From the NCBI RefSeq assembly GCF_032191835.1, contig NC_083228.1:88598001-88662000 (forward strand): 64,000 nucleotides of DNA, read 5' to 3'. The position numbers and the translations under genes were made by a program. The notes under the pieces were generated by a model that worked only from the letters and a program-made list of their open reading frames with translations, ran no database searches and had not been told where the DNA came from. Position 1 is the first letter of the stretch. Each line of letters starts with the position of its first letter. The DNA is from Heteronotia binoei (Eukaryota). Shown one piece after another: positions 61,123 through 64,000 of the stretch.

Positions 61123-62279
61123 TAATGATGTATAATCAGTAAATGCATAGCAGATTAAATATTGTTGAAATGATTTACATCTCACAAAATCTTGAACATA
61201 TTGTGTTCCCCAAAACTTCCCAGTTTTCCCATTGGAAAAAATGAAAACACTGTGCACTTTGAATTGGAGACATGCTTTGTAACACAAGTTTTTCATAAGA
61301 GGGTATTTTTTCCGTGGTACACCAAATCACCAGATATTTTTATTTGGAATTTTTTCTATTGGAAAAATTGAAAAAGCTCCCAGGTACTTCAATATTATTT
61401 GTTTTGAATGTGAAAACCTTACCTTAAGAAGCATTTTGCTCATTCTCAAACAAAATATTTAATAGGAGTTCCTTTTCAGTGTTTTTTCTAATTTATCTAT
61501 TGGAATTTTTAAAAAAATCCTTGGAGGGAGGGAAACAGGTTTTCTTCTTTTGGCACAGGGTATTGAGTTCAGCTTTGGAGAGAGTTTTGCAGTTTTAAGA
61601 CTGCTTTCTTAATGTGCTTTTCTAAAGAAGTCTTGTTCTATGTAATTTAAGACCTTTTTCTGGGCTTGACATGGAAATTTACTTAAGTCTTCTACACAGT
61701 CTTAAACTGCAAGTTATAAATGGGTCAGTCATGTTGAATTAGTTGGATTTCTGTACAGTGAATAACATGCATAGGATTAGACTGATATTTGATTAATGAT
61801 GATCTGCTGATGGCTCTAATGGAGAAATAAGATTGAAGACATTTTCACAAGTGATGTTGTGTTTTATACTAGAGCAATTCAGTTCTTCAGATAGATTGAA
61901 GTGGAAGTTACCTGTCATACACAGAGGTAGAAGGTGAGCAGCAAATTAGCATACAGCATAATGCAAGTGTTTAACAGATGCAAGGACCAAACAGGAATAA
62001 TAAGCTTAGTTTATATGGTCACCATTTGTTTGGATTTAATGGGGGTGGATAGACGACATAGTGAGGCAAATAAACATATCAGAATTGGAGATCAATGTTT
62101 AAATGTGCCCTTCAATTGTGGAATGCCGAGAGTACTTGAGACCTTATTTTTATGTTTATGCTTCATCTTTCTCTTCTCAAGCATAGTGGTAGCTTAATAG
62201 CATCTTTTTCTATAAGGTGGGGTGATTAGTTGTGCATTGTTATGTCTCCTTTGTCACTAGACCAGAAAAATGCTCTTCA

Positions 62280-62364
62280 TCTTTGGCTGAGGGCTTGAAG
62301 GCTGTGGTTGGCTGGCTAAGGAAGAGCAGGTTGAAACTGAACCCATCAAAGACTGAGGTCCTGT
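62280..62364 (+). mobile_element. L2 ORF2 fragment interrupted by the L1
   Basis: Translates WLRKSRLKLNPSKTEVL, an L2 RT-distal motif, and stops where the L1 5' end begins. Confidence 0.6.
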
Positions 62365-64000
62365 GGGACTTCCGAGGGAGGAAAATGTCGAGCTGAACTG
62401 CTTCTCATAACGGGAGCAGGCTGGAACTTCTGTTCAGGGTAGTGGAAGGCAAATTAATGCCTACTGCCTACTTTTCTCAGTCAGAGATTAGTCCAAGATA
62501 TGCACAAGAAACTTTGAGGAGATTTACCTTCGCTAAAAAGGAGTCCCGGGGGGGGGCTTCTTTGAGGGGTCTCTGGGAAGAGTTGCATTTTTATCATCTG
62601 CAGAAATTCTCAGAGTCATTTATTTGACATAAGCTCGACAGAATCCTAACCTTCTTGGACATTGCTAAACATCTAAAGCTATGCAAGAACTTGGATAATT
62701 GGAAGAGAAGGTACAGATTACTATCTTTCATTCCGGGACTATTTACAGTTTAATGGAATAAATTTAAAAGGTGGGAAATGAAAATCTAGGAAGTTTGGAA
62801 GAAGAAGGGAGGAAGAGGTGAAATTTGGACTTTGTAGATATAAAGGACAGTGCTAAAAAGTGGAAAGGAATTTATTGTTTGGGTTTTGAAAAAAGAGCAC
62901 CATCGTCACAGGCCTGCAGCACATTCAAGCAATACAGGAAGTACGTCAAGTATCGTGAGATCTCCTTACCAGTAAGAATGAAACTTGGTGGCAAGTAAAG
63001 CAGGAAGTAGCAGATGGAAAACCTACTCTAGGAATATAACACCACTGAGAAACATTGGCGGCCATTGCTGGGAGGTCAAAATTAAAATAATGTTTTTAGA
63101 GTATTCGGGACATTAAAAACTGTTGGAATTAATTGAGAAGAGGATAAGAAGATAAGTACTATTGGACATATTATTTGTGTGGACTTCAGACGTTTTTAAA
63201 AGGGGGAAAATTGCAAAAAGCAGCAAAAAGTCGCGACCGCCATTTTTGAAAGATTTAAAAACTTTAAAAATTAATAACTTGACTTTCGGAGCTCTGAGGA
63301 TGACCAAATTAGGCTTGTTATAAAAGGCAAGTTTCATTCTTTTCACTCTGATAGTTGAATTTGAAATTGGAGAGGTGCACATTTTCGGTGTTTTTAAATG
63401 TCAGAACATAAGCAACCCCGTACAAGGGCTACTTCATTGGAAAAAATGCAGGACCAATTAGATGCAATGGAGGCCAGAATGATGAAAGGCATAAGAGAGT
63501 TAATAACTGCATTTAAAAAAGAAATTATTGAAGAGATTAAAAAAGATATGGAAGATCTCAGAAAGGAAACAGAGGAAATATCTAAGAAAGTGCAGGAGGT
63601 AGAAGGGAGAATGAAAGCATATGATTCCACCTTGTTGAGAATGCAAGAAAAAGTGACAATCCATGACTGCAAATTGATGGAGACTCAGATACGTCTGAGA
63701 GGAGTACCTGAAAAGGAAGATGGTGTTTTAAAAGAATATATAATAAAAATAATTGCAGAATTTTTAGAGGAAGATCCTGAAGAGACTAAAAACATGTATG
63801 ACTATATGTATAGAGTGAACTCACTCTATGCCAAGAAAAATAACTTACGAAGAGATGTCATAAGATATATGACAAAGAAAATGGTAGGAAGGATCATGAA
63901 TAAAAACTTTGAAAAGATATTAATAGTGGGAGGCAGCAGAATAAAAATCATGAAGGAGTTGCCAAGGCAAGTGATAAATGATAGAAGAACATATAAAAAA
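62365..64000 (+). mobile_element. 5'-intact L1-clade LINE (about 1-kb 5' UTR plus ORF1), truncated by the window edge
   Basis: Starts GGGACTTCCG...GGAAAATGTCG (ETS/YY1-like), YY1 site CCGCCATTTT at 63237-63246, then an open A-rich ORF1. Confidence 0.8.
63398..64000 (+). CDS. L1 ORF1p-like protein (coiled coil plus RRM), open to the window end
   Basis: 201 codons without a stop (not in the ORF track because the stop is outside): MSEHKQPRTRATSLEKMQDQL...heptad region...QIRLRGVPE...YRVNS...RDVI, typical L1 ORF1 RRM motifs. Confidence 0.85.
   Translation, partial: MSEHKQPRTRATSLEKMQDQLDAMEARMMKGIRELITAFKKEIIEEIKKDMEDLRKETEEISKKVQEVEGRMKAYDSTLLRMQEKVTIHDCKLMETQIRLRGVPEKEDGVLKEYIIKIIAEFLEEDPEETKNMYDYMYRVNSLYAKKNNLRRDVIRYMTKKMVGRIMNKNFEKILIVGGSRIKIMKELPRQVINDRRTYKK

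Noticed and set aside
63394-63672. 92-aa minus-strand ORF
   Set aside because: Antisense shadow of the L1 ORF1 coiled-coil region.

Overview
Vertebrate genomic DNA from a scaled reptile. The SINE and hAT repertoire points to a gecko-like squamate (inference). The window is an inverted view of the block syntenic with human 3q29: a CpG island at the left end (probably the PAK2 promoter/non-coding first exon, inferred from gene order only), PIGX (minus; exons 2-6 resolved, first coding exon unresolved), CEP19 (plus; complete 163-aa CDS), NRROS/LRRC33 (minus; complete 682-aa CDS), FBXO45 (minus; complete 267-aa CDS) and the first coding exon of WDR53 (plus). The rest is dense in transposable elements: CR1, L2, L1, RTE-X-like LINEs, tRNA- and 5S-derived SINEs, hAT MITEs with 8-bp TSDs and Penelope-like remnants. 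The most interesting signals are: (1) an internally deleted chromovirus (Tf1/sushi-type Gypsy) LTR element in PIGX intron 3 whose primer-binding site is complementary to its own LTR, the signature of tRNA-independent self-priming; (2) a candidate PIGX first exon that gives a signal peptide from a CUG start and lies within the shared PIGX/CEP19 promoter; (3) a LINE flanked by an approximately 100-bp direct repeat; (4) a long-TIR MITE able to form an approximately 240-bp stem in FBXO45 pre-mRNA; (5) a 5'-intact L1 with open ORF1 in a WDR53 intron. All coordinates, alignments and family names were derived by eye and from memory of consensus sequences; no database search was run.
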